From: Caldisericia bacterium
GTDB taxonomy: Bacteria; Caldisericota; Caldisericia; JAAYUI01
Direction: 5' to 3'
NCBI GenBank assembly: GCA_963674785.1
Contig: OY771555.1
Location: 192,001-256,000, forward strand
Length of the DNA stretch: 64,000 nt
Shown one piece after another: positions 29,988 through 38,834 of the stretch. The translations under genes and the position numbers were made by a program. Position 1 is the stretch's first letter. Every line of letters starts with the position of its first letter. The notes under the pieces are model-generated. The model was not told where the DNA came from. It did no database searches and saw nothing but the letters and a program-made list of their open reading frames with translations.

Positions 29988-31022
29988 TCAGCTCGAACGA
30001 ATACTCAGATTATCGATTATTATCTTCAATCTTTCTTTGAGTTTCTCATCAATATCTATCAATTCAAGAGCAGAAAGTGCCTTTGAAGAATATTCCCTTA
30101 CCTGCGTGTTTGCATAATTATATGAGCCCGTCTGCATCAAGCAATCCAAAATAGTATTTGCTGACTCATCAGAAACATCACCTTTAAAGGAGTCGAGTAT
30201 AAGTTTTTTAGCTGACCTGCTTCCATTTTCAAGTGCATGTGCAATTGGCAAAGTTTTTTTGTGTTTTCTTAAGTCAGAGGCGATAGGTTTACCAGTTTTT
30301 CTTTTGTCTCCCCAGAGACCCAAAATGTCATCCTGAATCTGAAAGGCCATTCCGGCAGCCTCTCCAACCTGTTTCATCGGGCCAGAGAGTTTCCTGATCT
30401 CTTCTTTTGGATGAAGAGAGAAACTCTGTGCAAACGCCTGTCCAAGAAGAACAGATGTTTTTGACATTGCCATTCTTATATATTGGGCTGTAAAAACTTC
30501 TTTTTTTGATTCGAAACTAATATCGAGATGTTGACCCTCAAACACACGATTCGTAAGATGCAAAAACGAATTAAGCCAATCAGACATCTCCTTTGGTGGC
30601 AAATGTGAGCAGGCCTTCATTGCGGCTTCCTGAGACAGTGCCTGAAGAATCATCCCACCATTTAGAGCTTGTGGTATCCCAACCAGTTTCCAAAGGGTTG
30701 GTCTAGTTCTTCTAATCTCATCTCCATCCTGGATATCATCAACAACAAGTGTGAAATTATGGAAAAGCTCAAGAGACAAAGCTCCATATAGAGCATAGTC
30801 TTCATGACCAAGATATTTTGAAACAAGAAGAGGAATTGCAGACCTCAGCCTTTTCCCACCTTTAATGATCTTTACAGGCTCAAAGTCTTCCGAAACCAGA
30901 CCAAGTTGATATTTCACATATGAGTACAGGAGTTTTGGGTTTCTATCAGCCAGGAATTCATTAAGACCATCGTTTACTTTTCCAATATAGGTTCTAAGCT
31001 GGGTTCTGAGTTCTGTTGCCAC
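29988..31022 (-). CDS. Polyprenyl diphosphate synthase (type I GGPP synthase-like)
   Basis: GGKRLR, HNFTLVVDDIQD...RR, GQHLD and FQIQDDILG motifs. Confidence 0.92.
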   Translation of the reverse strand: MATELRTQLRTYIGKVNDGLNEFLADRNPKLLYSYVKYQLGLVSEDFEPVKIIKGGKRLRSAIPLLVSKYLGHEDYALYGALSLELFHNFTLVVDDIQDGDEIRRTRPTLWKLVGIPQALNGGMILQALSQEAAMKACSHLPPKEMSDWLNSFLHLTNRVFEGQHLDISFESKKEVFTAQYIRMAMSKTSVLLGQAFAQSFSLHPKEEIRKLSGPMKQVGEAAGMAFQIQDDILGLWGDKRKTGKPIASDLRKHKKTLPIAHALENGSRSAKKLILDSFKGDVSDESANTILDCLMQTGSYNYANTQVREYSSKALSALELIDIDEKLKERLKIIIDNLSIRSS

Positions 31023-31084
31023 TATTAATCCTTTCAGAAACCTTCAAATTTCATTCCGAGGAAACATTATGGACTATTTTTCGA

Positions 31085-31525
31085 TTATTGACAAGTCTTG
31101 ACATTTTCAAGTGCAACTGTTGCAACAATATCCTCGGTAACTTCACACACAAATACTTTGTCAGCATTTGAGACTGAAACATCCATTCCTGGTAAAAACT
31201 GCAGTTGAGGTATTTTTTGAAATTGAAGTTCACCTGAAAAACTGTAAAACTGACCTGGAATAAAGTCACTTGCACACTCACCACATGGGAGTTTTACAAT
31301 CGCTACAATTGGAGGATTTGTTTTCAGATCAAGAAGCGCCATCTCCCCATCCATTATTATTTTGCTGAATGTAGCATTTGTGTTTGTTTTATTTGGATCT
31401 GGAAGACCATTACTTATTTCTTGTAACAAAGAAGACTGATCAGAATCACTTTTATGATAATCAGTTTCTCTTACAAGCAGAACAAACTGCCCGGTCATCT
31501 CTGAGGAAAAATCAGTTCCAAACAT
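31085..31525 (-). CDS. Hypothetical protein
   Basis: Open frame between the polyprenyl synthase and priA; start uncertain (ATG 31525 chosen to avoid overlap with priA). Confidence 0.5.
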   Translation of the reverse strand: MFGTDFSSEMTGQFVLLVRETDYHKSDSDQSSLLQEISNGLPDPNKTNTNATFSKIIMDGEMALLDLKTNPPIVAIVKLPCGECASDFIPGQFYSFSGELQFQKIPQLQFLPGMDVSVSNADKVFVCEVTEDIVATVALENVKTCQ

Positions 31526-31651
31526 GGCTTGCCACGACGAGTATATAAAGCTTAACATACACGGAGCATACCAAAAAGTAATCACCCAAACCAGAAAAAT
31601 ATTTGCAGCTATGTTCTTGCATAGCTGAAATTGAATCTTATCTTTATAACC

Positions 31652-33853
31652 ATGAAGCATTGTAAGGTTCTCATGTTGGAAGGTTTCTCAGGAGAGCTGA
31701 GTTATTTGATACCTGAATCACTTCACATTGAAGTTGGATTCAAAGTGATTGTCCCACTGGGAGAAAGACTATCCCAAGGACTTGTGACAAGTATTGATGA
31801 CAATCCACCAACAGATTTTCAACTCAAAGAAATAGTTTCAATTTCATCATCTTTTCCACTTTTTGATGAGCAGGTTCTTGAAACGTCACTTCTTGCTGAC
31901 CTTGAGAGCTTCAATCAAACTGGATACCATCTGTCAAATTATCTATATCAACCCCCCTCACCAAAGATTCACAAACTTGTGAAGCTTACAGGAATTGATT
32001 CCAATCTCACCCCAAAAGAGCAAGAGATAATTGATGCCATAAAAAGCAACGACTCAAATATCAAACTGACTTCATTAAACATAAGACTTGGCAAGAAAAG
32101 GATAAGCTACTCCCTTAGGAAACTTCTGACACTAGGAGTAATTCAGATTGAGCAGGTCTTAGAAACCCCAAAATTTTCCTTTGAGACGGTTTGGAAATTT
32201 GATGGAGAACCCAAAGATGAAACTGAAGAGAAAATAAAAGAGATTATCCACCTGGCTACAAACAAGTCTGAGATTCATATTCTTTCAGGGGCATCAACAT
32301 ATAAAATAAACAAGCTCATAAAAGAAGGCAAGATAATATCTGCAACCAAAAAACCAACACCTGCAAAAAAAGGTCTTGAGAAATTTGGTTTTTCGGTAAA
32401 CTACATTTCACAGGCTTCACCATCAAAAAGAACCGAAGAGTATATAAGGATTTCAAATCAGCTTGTCGCGGAAAATAGATCGATCGTTATTATCTGTTCA
32501 AACATCCATGCTTGTAGAAAACTGTTCGAGGATTTAAAAGGAAAGGTTTCAAATCTTCATCTTGCAATCGGTGGACTTGGTATTCGTGAAGCTACAAAGC
32601 TTTCTGAATCAGTTAGAGCAAAAGAGCAGATGGTTATAATTGGCATGCAGACAGCACTTCTTTTGCCAGTTCCAAATCTCTCACAGATAATCGTTGATGA
32701 GCCTCTCTCACCATACATGGACATCACACAACCCCATACACTTCACCTCGGAAACCTTGCCAAAATCAGAGCCAAGATTTCAGAATGTCCCCTCTCATTC
32801 TACAGTTCACCAGTTATGCTCGAATCAAATATTGAAGGATCTCAAGAACTAGATGATCTTGATGTTGAACTTGTAAACATGGTCTATGAACCAACAGCGT
32901 TCGAGCAACCACTGCTATCTGGAGCATCAGCTTCAGCTGTAAAAAAAGAACTCGAGGGTGATGGACAAATCATCGTTTATCTCAACAGAAAAGGTTTTTC
33001 GAGTTTTGTTTTTTGCAGTGAATGCAATGAGGTTCTCAGATGTCCAAAGTGCAAAATCCCTCTTACGTATTCCAAAAACAACTATGAAGTCAGGTGTAGA
33101 TATTGCGGATTTCAATCAAAAGCACCTGACCTCTGTCCCTCTTGTGGAGGAGTTTCAATCAGGTACAAAGCAGGAGGGATTGAAAAACTACAGATTGAAC
33201 TTAGTAACCATTTTAAAAACATGAAGGTTTTGAGAGCAGACGGTGACACCAAAGAATCAGCAAAAAACATATCTGATTTCAACAATGGAGATTGCAGAAT
33301 CCTTATTGGGACATCAATGATTCTCGATAGAGTGGATTTTGAAAAGGCTGGTCTTGTGTTGGTTGCGTCTCTTGATGGCTTGCTTTCAATGCCTATCTAC
33401 TCAGCCTCCCATAAGGCATATTCGACCCTTGCAACCATAAGAGAAAAAACGGCCGGAAGGGTAATGTTTCAAACATATCTACCTCTGCATCCCTTGATAA
33501 AAGCAATCGCCACAAAGAAGCTTGGTGAGTTTCTTGAAAATGAAAAACAGGAGCGAGAAGATGCTCTCTATCCACCATTTTCGCAATTACTGTTTTTTCA
33601 CGTGATTTCAAAAAAAGAGACCACTGCAAAAAAGGATGCAGAAATGGTTACCTCAAAGCTACTTGAAATCCTTGATGAAGAAAGTGTTTCAAGTCCAAAC
33701 AAAGGCTATTTCCACAGGTTGAAAGGGGAATACAGGTGGGATATAATGGTCAAAACAAGTGAGCTTAACAAATATCTCGCATCTCTTCGAAAACTGTTTT
33801 TCGAACTTAAAGAAAGCGGGGTAAGAGTGGAGATAACAAACCCAAACCTATGA
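31652..33853 (+). CDS. priA: Primosomal protein N' (PriA) with degenerate helicase motifs
   Basis: LSY.IP...G.KV.VPLG 3'-binding domain; LNRKGF plus four CxxC pairs; G.EK; ILIGT; YPPF. Synteny with def. Confidence 0.9.
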   Translation: MKHCKVLMLEGFSGELSYLIPESLHIEVGFKVIVPLGERLSQGLVTSIDDNPPTDFQLKEIVSISSSFPLFDEQVLETSLLADLESFNQTGYHLSNYLYQPPSPKIHKLVKLTGIDSNLTPKEQEIIDAIKSNDSNIKLTSLNIRLGKKRISYSLRKLLTLGVIQIEQVLETPKFSFETVWKFDGEPKDETEEKIKEIIHLATNKSEIHILSGASTYKINKLIKEGKIISATKKPTPAKKGLEKFGFSVNYISQASPSKRTEEYIRISNQLVAENRSIVIICSNIHACRKLFEDLKGKVSNLHLAIGGLGIREATKLSESVRAKEQMVIIGMQTALLLPVPNLSQIIVDEPLSPYMDITQPHTLHLGNLAKIRAKISECPLSFYSSPVMLESNIEGSQELDDLDVELVNMVYEPTAFEQPLLSGASASAVKKELEGDGQIIVYLNRKGFSSFVFCSECNEVLRCPKCKIPLTYSKNNYEVRCRYCGFQSKAPDLCPSCGGVSIRYKAGGIEKLQIELSNHFKNMKVLRADGDTKESAKNISDFNNGDCRILIGTSMILDRVDFEKAGLVLVASLDGLLSMPIYSASHKAYSTLATIREKTAGRVMFQTYLPLHPLIKAIATKKLGEFLENEKQEREDALYPPFSQLLFFHVISKKETTAKKDAEMVTSKLLEILDEESVSSPNKGYFHRLKGEYRWDIMVKTSELNKYLASLRKLFFELKESGVRVEITNPNL

Positions 33854-34380
33854 GAGAAGTAATCAAAGAGCCTGATAAGAGGCTGAGAAAAAAATCGAAA
33901 AGAATAACAAAGATAACTCCTGAAATTAGAAAACTTGCAAAAGATATGATTGAGACAATGAGAAATCCTGAAAGACCTGGAATTGGTCTTGCAGCACCTC
34001 AAGTTGGAGTTCTCCTCAGGCTAGTCACCATTGGAATTGGTGATGAAAACTTTGTACTCATCAACCCAGAAATCACCGATGTTAAACAGCCTGTTGAGTT
34101 TCAGGAAGGTTGTCTTTCAGTTCCTGGAGTTTATTCAAATGTTTCAAGGCCCAAGATTGTTTCATACACATACACCAATCTCAAAGGGAAGAAGGTTTGC
34201 GGATCTGATGATGGCGTTTTTGCACGCGTCATCCAACACGAAATCGACCATCTCGATGGAAAGTTATTCATCGACTACCTAACAGAAGACTCAAACATAG
34301 AACTCGAAGAGGGAGCAGAAGTCCCTAAATCACTTATCGAACGGCTCAAAAAGGAGAACGAAAATGATTGCAATTCTTGA
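33850..34380 (+). CDS. def: Peptide deformylase
   Basis: GIGLAAPQVG, EGCLSVP and QHEIDHLDG motifs. Confidence 0.97.
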   Translation: MREVIKEPDKRLRKKSKRITKITPEIRKLAKDMIETMRNPERPGIGLAAPQVGVLLRLVTIGIGDENFVLINPEITDVKQPVEFQEGCLSVPGVYSNVSRPKIVSYTYTNLKGKKVCGSDDGVFARVIQHEIDHLDGKLFIDYLTEDSNIELEEGAEVPKSLIERLKKENENDCNS

Positions 34381-35878
34381 TTTTGGATCACAATACACAC
34401 AGCTTATCGCCCGAAGAGTTAGAGAAGCACATGTTTATTGCGAGGTTCTCCCATACTGGACAAAACCATCTGAGCTCGAATATACAGACGGAATAATCCT
34501 TTCTGGTTCTCCTCTCTCGCTTTCAAACAAATCAAGTGATCTTCCAGCTCCAAACCCAGAAATCTTTGAACTTGGAAAACCTGTTCTTGGGCTCTGTTAT
34601 GGAATGCAGCAGATTTCAAATATTTTTGGTGGAGAGGTCTCACGTGGAAAAGCCGCTGAATACGGCAGAACAGAAATCAAGCTGGATACAAACTCCCCAC
34701 TTTTTTCAGGTTTGACTGAAAACCTTGTTGTCTGGATGTCACATGGTGATTCCGTCTCAAAAACACCTGAAGGTTTTAAGGTTATCGCAGATACAGAAAG
34801 TTGCCCAATTGCAGCAGTTGAAAATGCTGATAAAAAAATCTATGGGCTTCAGTTTCATCCAGAGGTTTCACACACAGACAAAGGTTCAAGAATAATTGAG
34901 AACTTCTTGTTTGGAGTTTGCTCTTGTGAACAAACTTGGAAAATGAGTGCATTTGTCGATTCTAGTATCGAAAAAATCCGGGATCAAATCGGTAACGACG
35001 ACGTTATCGCCGGTGTTTCAGGTGGGGTTGACTCAGTTGTAACTGCCGTCCTTCTTCACAAAGCCATTGGCAAAAAACTCCATTCAATCTTCATCGACCA
35101 TGGTTTACTCCGAAGAAATGAACGTGAAGAGGTCGAAGCAGCCCTTACAAATCTTGGCCTTGAGCCACTTGTGGTTGATGCAAAGGACAGATTTTTACCC
35201 GCACTAAAAGGAATCACAGACCCCGAAGAAAAAAGGAAAATCATCGGAAAACTCTTCATTGAAGAGTTTGAAGCAGCAATCTCAAAATTCCCACAGTCAA
35301 AATGGCTTGCCCAGGGAACACTCTACCCAGACGTGATTGAATCATCTGGAGGAGTCTCAGGGCTTGCCGATAAAATCAAGAGCCACCACAATGTTGGTGG
35401 ACTTCCTGAAAAAATGAACCTGAAACTTCTCGAACCTATGAAAACGCTTTTCAAGGATGAGGTTCGCCATCTTGGTCGTGAGCTTGGAATCCCAAAATTC
35501 CTTGTAAACCGTCAGCCATTCCCAGGCCCTGGTCTTGCAATCAGAATTATTGGAGACATAACAGAAGAAAAACTCGACATTCTTGGCCGTGTTGACCTCA
35601 TTGTCCGAGAAGAAATCAACTCAGGGCAATCGAACCAGTTTTTTGCTGTTCTTCTGCCAGTCTTTAGCGTCGGTGTCAGAGGTGACGAGAGGGCTTATCA
35701 GATGGTTGCCGCCGTTCGAGCTGTTACAACCACAGACTTTATGACCGCTGAGTGGACAAAACTCCCATATGAAAAACTCGACCGCATCGCCACCCGCATC
35801 ACCGGAGAAGTTCCCGAGGTTGGCAGAGTTGTTTATGACATCAGCAACAAACCACCAGGGACTATTGAGTGGGAGTAA
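34364..35878 (+). CDS. guaA: GMP synthase (glutamine-hydrolysing)
   Basis: LDFGSQY, GLCYGMQ, QFHPEV, SGGVDS, IKSHHNVGG, PFPGPGL and KPPGTIEWE motifs. Confidence 0.98.
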   Translation: MIAILDFGSQYTQLIARRVREAHVYCEVLPYWTKPSELEYTDGIILSGSPLSLSNKSSDLPAPNPEIFELGKPVLGLCYGMQQISNIFGGEVSRGKAAEYGRTEIKLDTNSPLFSGLTENLVVWMSHGDSVSKTPEGFKVIADTESCPIAAVENADKKIYGLQFHPEVSHTDKGSRIIENFLFGVCSCEQTWKMSAFVDSSIEKIRDQIGNDDVIAGVSGGVDSVVTAVLLHKAIGKKLHSIFIDHGLLRRNEREEVEAALTNLGLEPLVVDAKDRFLPALKGITDPEEKRKIIGKLFIEEFEAAISKFPQSKWLAQGTLYPDVIESSGGVSGLADKIKSHHNVGGLPEKMNLKLLEPMKTLFKDEVRHLGRELGIPKFLVNRQPFPGPGLAIRIIGDITEEKLDILGRVDLIVREEINSGQSNQFFAVLLPVFSVGVRGDERAYQMVAAVRAVTTTDFMTAEWTKLPYEKLDRIATRITGEVPEVGRVVYDISNKPPGTIEWE

Positions 35879-35879
35879 A
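35864..35879 (+). repeat. Left direct repeat (attL-like) in the guaA 3' end
   Basis: ATTGAGTGGGAGTAAA; matches 38649-38664 at 15 of 16 positions. Confidence 0.6.
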
Positions 35880-35917
35880 GCAATAAGAAACAAAAATGAT
35901 TGATCTGAGGAGATATC

Positions 35918-37591
35918 ATGGGGGAAATCAAAAAAAGAGAGTATAAGTATCAGCTTCCCGCAGATAATGGTAAGCCTGGAGATAGTTTCATAACTAACAC
36001 AAACTCTGTCGTAATTATTGGTGCAAATGGTTCAGGAAAAAGTAGGCTGGGAGCATGGATGGAGATAACGTATCCCAAAAGTGTATACAGGATCGGAGCA
36101 CAGAGATCACTACAATTCAAAGGCGAAATAACAACAAAAAGCTATGAAAAGGAGAAAGACACACTCTTTTATGGAAGTGTAGGAAGCATAACAAAAGAAA
36201 AAAGAGAACGTTTTGACTTTGATGGAAAAGATAGAAATCCGACATATACATTATTTAAAGATTTTGAAAATATTCTTTCATTGTTTATTGCCAAAAAAAA
36301 TAACGAAAATGAAGATTATATTTCTGAATGTAAAAAAAGAGACAATAAAAATCAACCTCGAAACCCAATTCCTTCTTCAGTCACTGATAGATTTATTAGG
36401 ATATGGAATGAAGTTTTTTCACATAGAGTTGTTTCTTTCTTTGACTCAAAAGTAACAACTACCTTTAATAACTCAGAAATAGATCAAATCAAATATAACG
36501 GAAACCAAATGAGCGATGGTGAAAAAACAGTTCTCTATCTGATTACACAATGCTTAGTGTTGCCAAATAATATTACAATTGTTATTGATGAGCCAGGATT
36601 ACACTTACACAAATCAATAATGAATAAACTTTGGAGTGCTGTTGAAAAAGAACGTCCAGACTGTTTATTTATCTACATTACACATGACACAAGATTTGCC
36701 GCGAATCACAGCTTTAGTGATAAAATCTGGGTGAAATCATATGATGGTAGCAAATGGGATTATGCAAAAATTGATGGAAATGAGCTGCCTGATGAACTGC
36801 TTCTTGATATTTTAGGAAACAGAAAAAAAGTTTTGTTTGTAGAAGGAAAAAAAGGTAGCTTAGACTACAGATTATACTCAGAGATTTACAGAGATTATTA
36901 CATAATTCCATGCGGAAGTTGTGAAAATGTAATCAGATACACAAAAGCAATAAGAAAAAATAATGACCTTCTACAAGACTTCGAATGTCAGGGTATAATA
37001 GATAGAGATTTTAAATCTGAAGGCGTAATAGAAAAATATAAGAAAGATGGGATTTACACACTCGAAGTAGCAGAAGTCGAAAACCTATTTATTGTTAAAG
37101 AAGTGCTAGAGTATGTAAACAAACATGAAAATTTCGAATCGACAGAGAATATTGAGAAATCTAAACAACAACTACTAAGTATTTTTTCATACAGAATAAA
37201 TGAGCAAATTGCAAAAGCAATCGTATCTGAAATAAAATATCGGCTATCTTCAATACCAATTCCTGAGAAAGAAACTGAACTTGAAAGTCAATTGGATGAC
37301 ATCAAAAATGCAATAGATTACGAGAATACCAAGAACTCAATAACAAGGAAATTTAAAGATATTGAAAATCTCAGAAAATATGATGAAATGCTTAAAGCTT
37401 TCAACAATAAATCCCTAGCAAAACTGATTGGAAAAAACTTTGGGAAAGACAACAATGATTATTGTGAATTCATAATCAGATCACTCAATGGTGATGATAG
37501 ACAAGAAGTCATCAACGCCCTCAAACCATACCTACCAGCCGAAATCCCAACTGATCCAAACAAGGAAGAGAATCTAGAGAACAGAAACTAA
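35918..37591 (+). CDS. ABC-type AAA ATPase fused to a DUF4435/TOPRIM-like domain (PARIS AriA-AriB fusion-like / OLD-like)
   Basis: Walker A GANGSGKS, signature MSDGEK, Walker B IVIDEP, H-loop ITHD; then TOPRIM LFVEG...SLD, IIDRD and EVENL. Confidence 0.85.
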   Translation: MGEIKKREYKYQLPADNGKPGDSFITNTNSVVIIGANGSGKSRLGAWMEITYPKSVYRIGAQRSLQFKGEITTKSYEKEKDTLFYGSVGSITKEKRERFDFDGKDRNPTYTLFKDFENILSLFIAKKNNENEDYISECKKRDNKNQPRNPIPSSVTDRFIRIWNEVFSHRVVSFFDSKVTTTFNNSEIDQIKYNGNQMSDGEKTVLYLITQCLVLPNNITIVIDEPGLHLHKSIMNKLWSAVEKERPDCLFIYITHDTRFAANHSFSDKIWVKSYDGSKWDYAKIDGNELPDELLLDILGNRKKVLFVEGKKGSLDYRLYSEIYRDYYIIPCGSCENVIRYTKAIRKNNDLLQDFECQGIIDRDFKSEGVIEKYKKDGIYTLEVAEVENLFIVKEVLEYVNKHENFESTENIEKSKQQLLSIFSYRINEQIAKAIVSEIKYRLSSIPIPEKETELESQLDDIKNAIDYENTKNSITRKFKDIENLRKYDEMLKAFNNKSLAKLIGKNFGKDNNDYCEFIIRSLNGDDRQEVINALKPYLPAEIPTDPNKEENLENRN

Positions 37592-37692
37592 TGAAACTAG
37601 AAATCAACATGATCGTAAAAGACGCAAGAGAATCAGCTGATTTTAATGAAAACCTTTTGGAAGAGATTGAGGAATTTCAAAGCTTATCATAA
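37591..37692 (+). pseudogene. Truncated VOC/glyoxalase-like gene remnant
   Basis: 33-codon ORF MKLEINMIVKDARESADFNENLL... coupled to the upstream stop; resembles a VOC N-terminus (.L.VKD...S..FY..LL). Confidence 0.4.
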
Positions 37693-37736
37693 AAGTAGTC
37701 ATAATAGATGTTAACTTGATTGGAGACTGAGAAGAA

Positions 37737-38093
37737 GTGGGCATAGAAGAGATTGGTTGCTGTGGTGCTTATTGCGGAACATGTAAAGAGTTTATATCCA
37801 ATTTGTGTAAGGGTTGCAAGATTGGATATTCAAATGGTGAGCGTGATATAAACAGAGCAAAGTGTAAAATAAAAGTATGTTGTATCAAAAAAGGTTTTGC
37901 CAGTTGTGCGGATTGCAACGATTTAGAAACATGTGAGATTATCAACGACTTTTACAACAAAAAAAGTTACAAATACAAGAAGTATCATCAAGCGATTCAA
38001 TTCATTGTTGAAAATGGATATGAGGAATTCTTAAAAATATCTGATACATGGAAAAACGCTCATGGAAAATACCCTAAAAAGCAATCAAGCTGA
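37737..38093 (+). CDS. DUF3795 domain Cys-rich protein
   Basis: GCCGAYCGTC...CKGC...CKIKVCC...SCADC pattern. Confidence 0.85.
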   Translation: MGIEEIGCCGAYCGTCKEFISNLCKGCKIGYSNGERDINRAKCKIKVCCIKKGFASCADCNDLETCEIINDFYNKKSYKYKKYHQAIQFIVENGYEEFLKISDTWKNAHGKYPKKQSS

Positions 38094-38108
38094 AAGGAAG
38101 CAACTTAC

Positions 38109-38645
38109 ATGAAAATCGTAATCCTAAACGGTAGCCCAAGAAAAGGCAACACAAGAGACCTTTTGAAAGCATTTATGGATGGCGCAAAAGACGCTGAGAT
38201 AGATTATTACAATCTTCATGAAACAAAGGTTGCTCCTTGCGAGGCATGTAATTCCTGTACCGAATCAAAAGGCAAATGTAAACATAATGATGCTACTAAC
38301 GAGATTCTGAGCAATATTCACAATGCAAATGCGATCGTGTTTGGAAGTCCTGTTTATTGGTGGGGAGTGACGGCTCAACTTAAGGCTATGATTGACAAAA
38401 TGTACGCTTTCAACTATCAGAACTATCAGCTTCCACATAAAAGAGTTGGGCTAATCATGGTTGGAGGAATGGAAACGAATGCCGTCCAGTATCAATTGAT
38501 TTCTTCACAGTTCAAATGTATTTGTGAATTTTTGAACTGGGATTTCAGATTTAACGAGGCTTTTTGTGCGGATGTTGTAGGGGCAATCAAAAAAGATAAA
38601 GTTGCAACGGAAAAGGCAAAAGGCCTTTTTGAAAAATTACTGTAA
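38109..38645 (+). CDS. Flavodoxin family protein (iron-sulfur flavoprotein / NADPH-dependent FMN reductase)
   Basis: NGSPRKGNT, CEACNSC...C and GSPVYWWGVTAQLKAMID motifs. Confidence 0.9.
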   Translation: MKIVILNGSPRKGNTRDLLKAFMDGAKDAEIDYYNLHETKVAPCEACNSCTESKGKCKHNDATNEILSNIHNANAIVFGSPVYWWGVTAQLKAMIDKMYAFNYQNYQLPHKRVGLIMVGGMETNAVQYQLISSQFKCICEFLNWDFRFNEAFCADVVGAIKKDKVATEKAKGLFEKLL

Positions 38646-38648
38646 ATA

Positions 38649-38664
38649 ATTGAGTGGGAGAAAA
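38649..38664 (+). repeat. Right direct repeat (attR-like)
   Basis: ATTGAGTGGGAGAAAA, a copy of the guaA 3' end. Confidence 0.6.
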
Positions 38665-38674
38665 CTCCCACTCA
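38651..38674. terminator. Terminator-like hairpin between convergent genes
   Basis: Perfect 10-bp stem TGAGTGGGAG-AAAA-CTCCCACTCA. Confidence 0.65.
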
Positions 38675-38688
38675 CGAAATCCTATATC

Positions 38689-38832
38689 CTACCTCTCAAG
38701 CTCAATTGCTGGGCTTGCGGAGATTGATCCGCTATCAACACTCACCCTTGAAAGACCAATCATCCTGAAGATTGTCATCATAACAACTGCCACAAAGATT
38801 ATCAAAATTGGATACATTACTGATCTTTTCAT
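38689..38832 (-). CDS. Small (47 aa) membrane peptide not in the ORF track
   Basis: MKRSVMYPILIIFVAVVMMTIFRMIGLSR...; starts 2 nt after the stop of the 4Fe-4S membrane gene; one TM helix. Confidence 0.55.
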   Translation of the reverse strand: MKRSVMYPILIIFVAVVMMTIFRMIGLSRVSVDSGSISASPAIELER

Positions 38833-38834
38833 GA

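Larger units (their letters stand above)
35864..38664. mobile_element. Putative integrase-less genomic islet at the guaA 3' end
   Basis: Flanking direct repeats containing GAGTGGGA; AT-rich cargo; includes a defence-like gene and a gene remnant. Confidence 0.5.
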
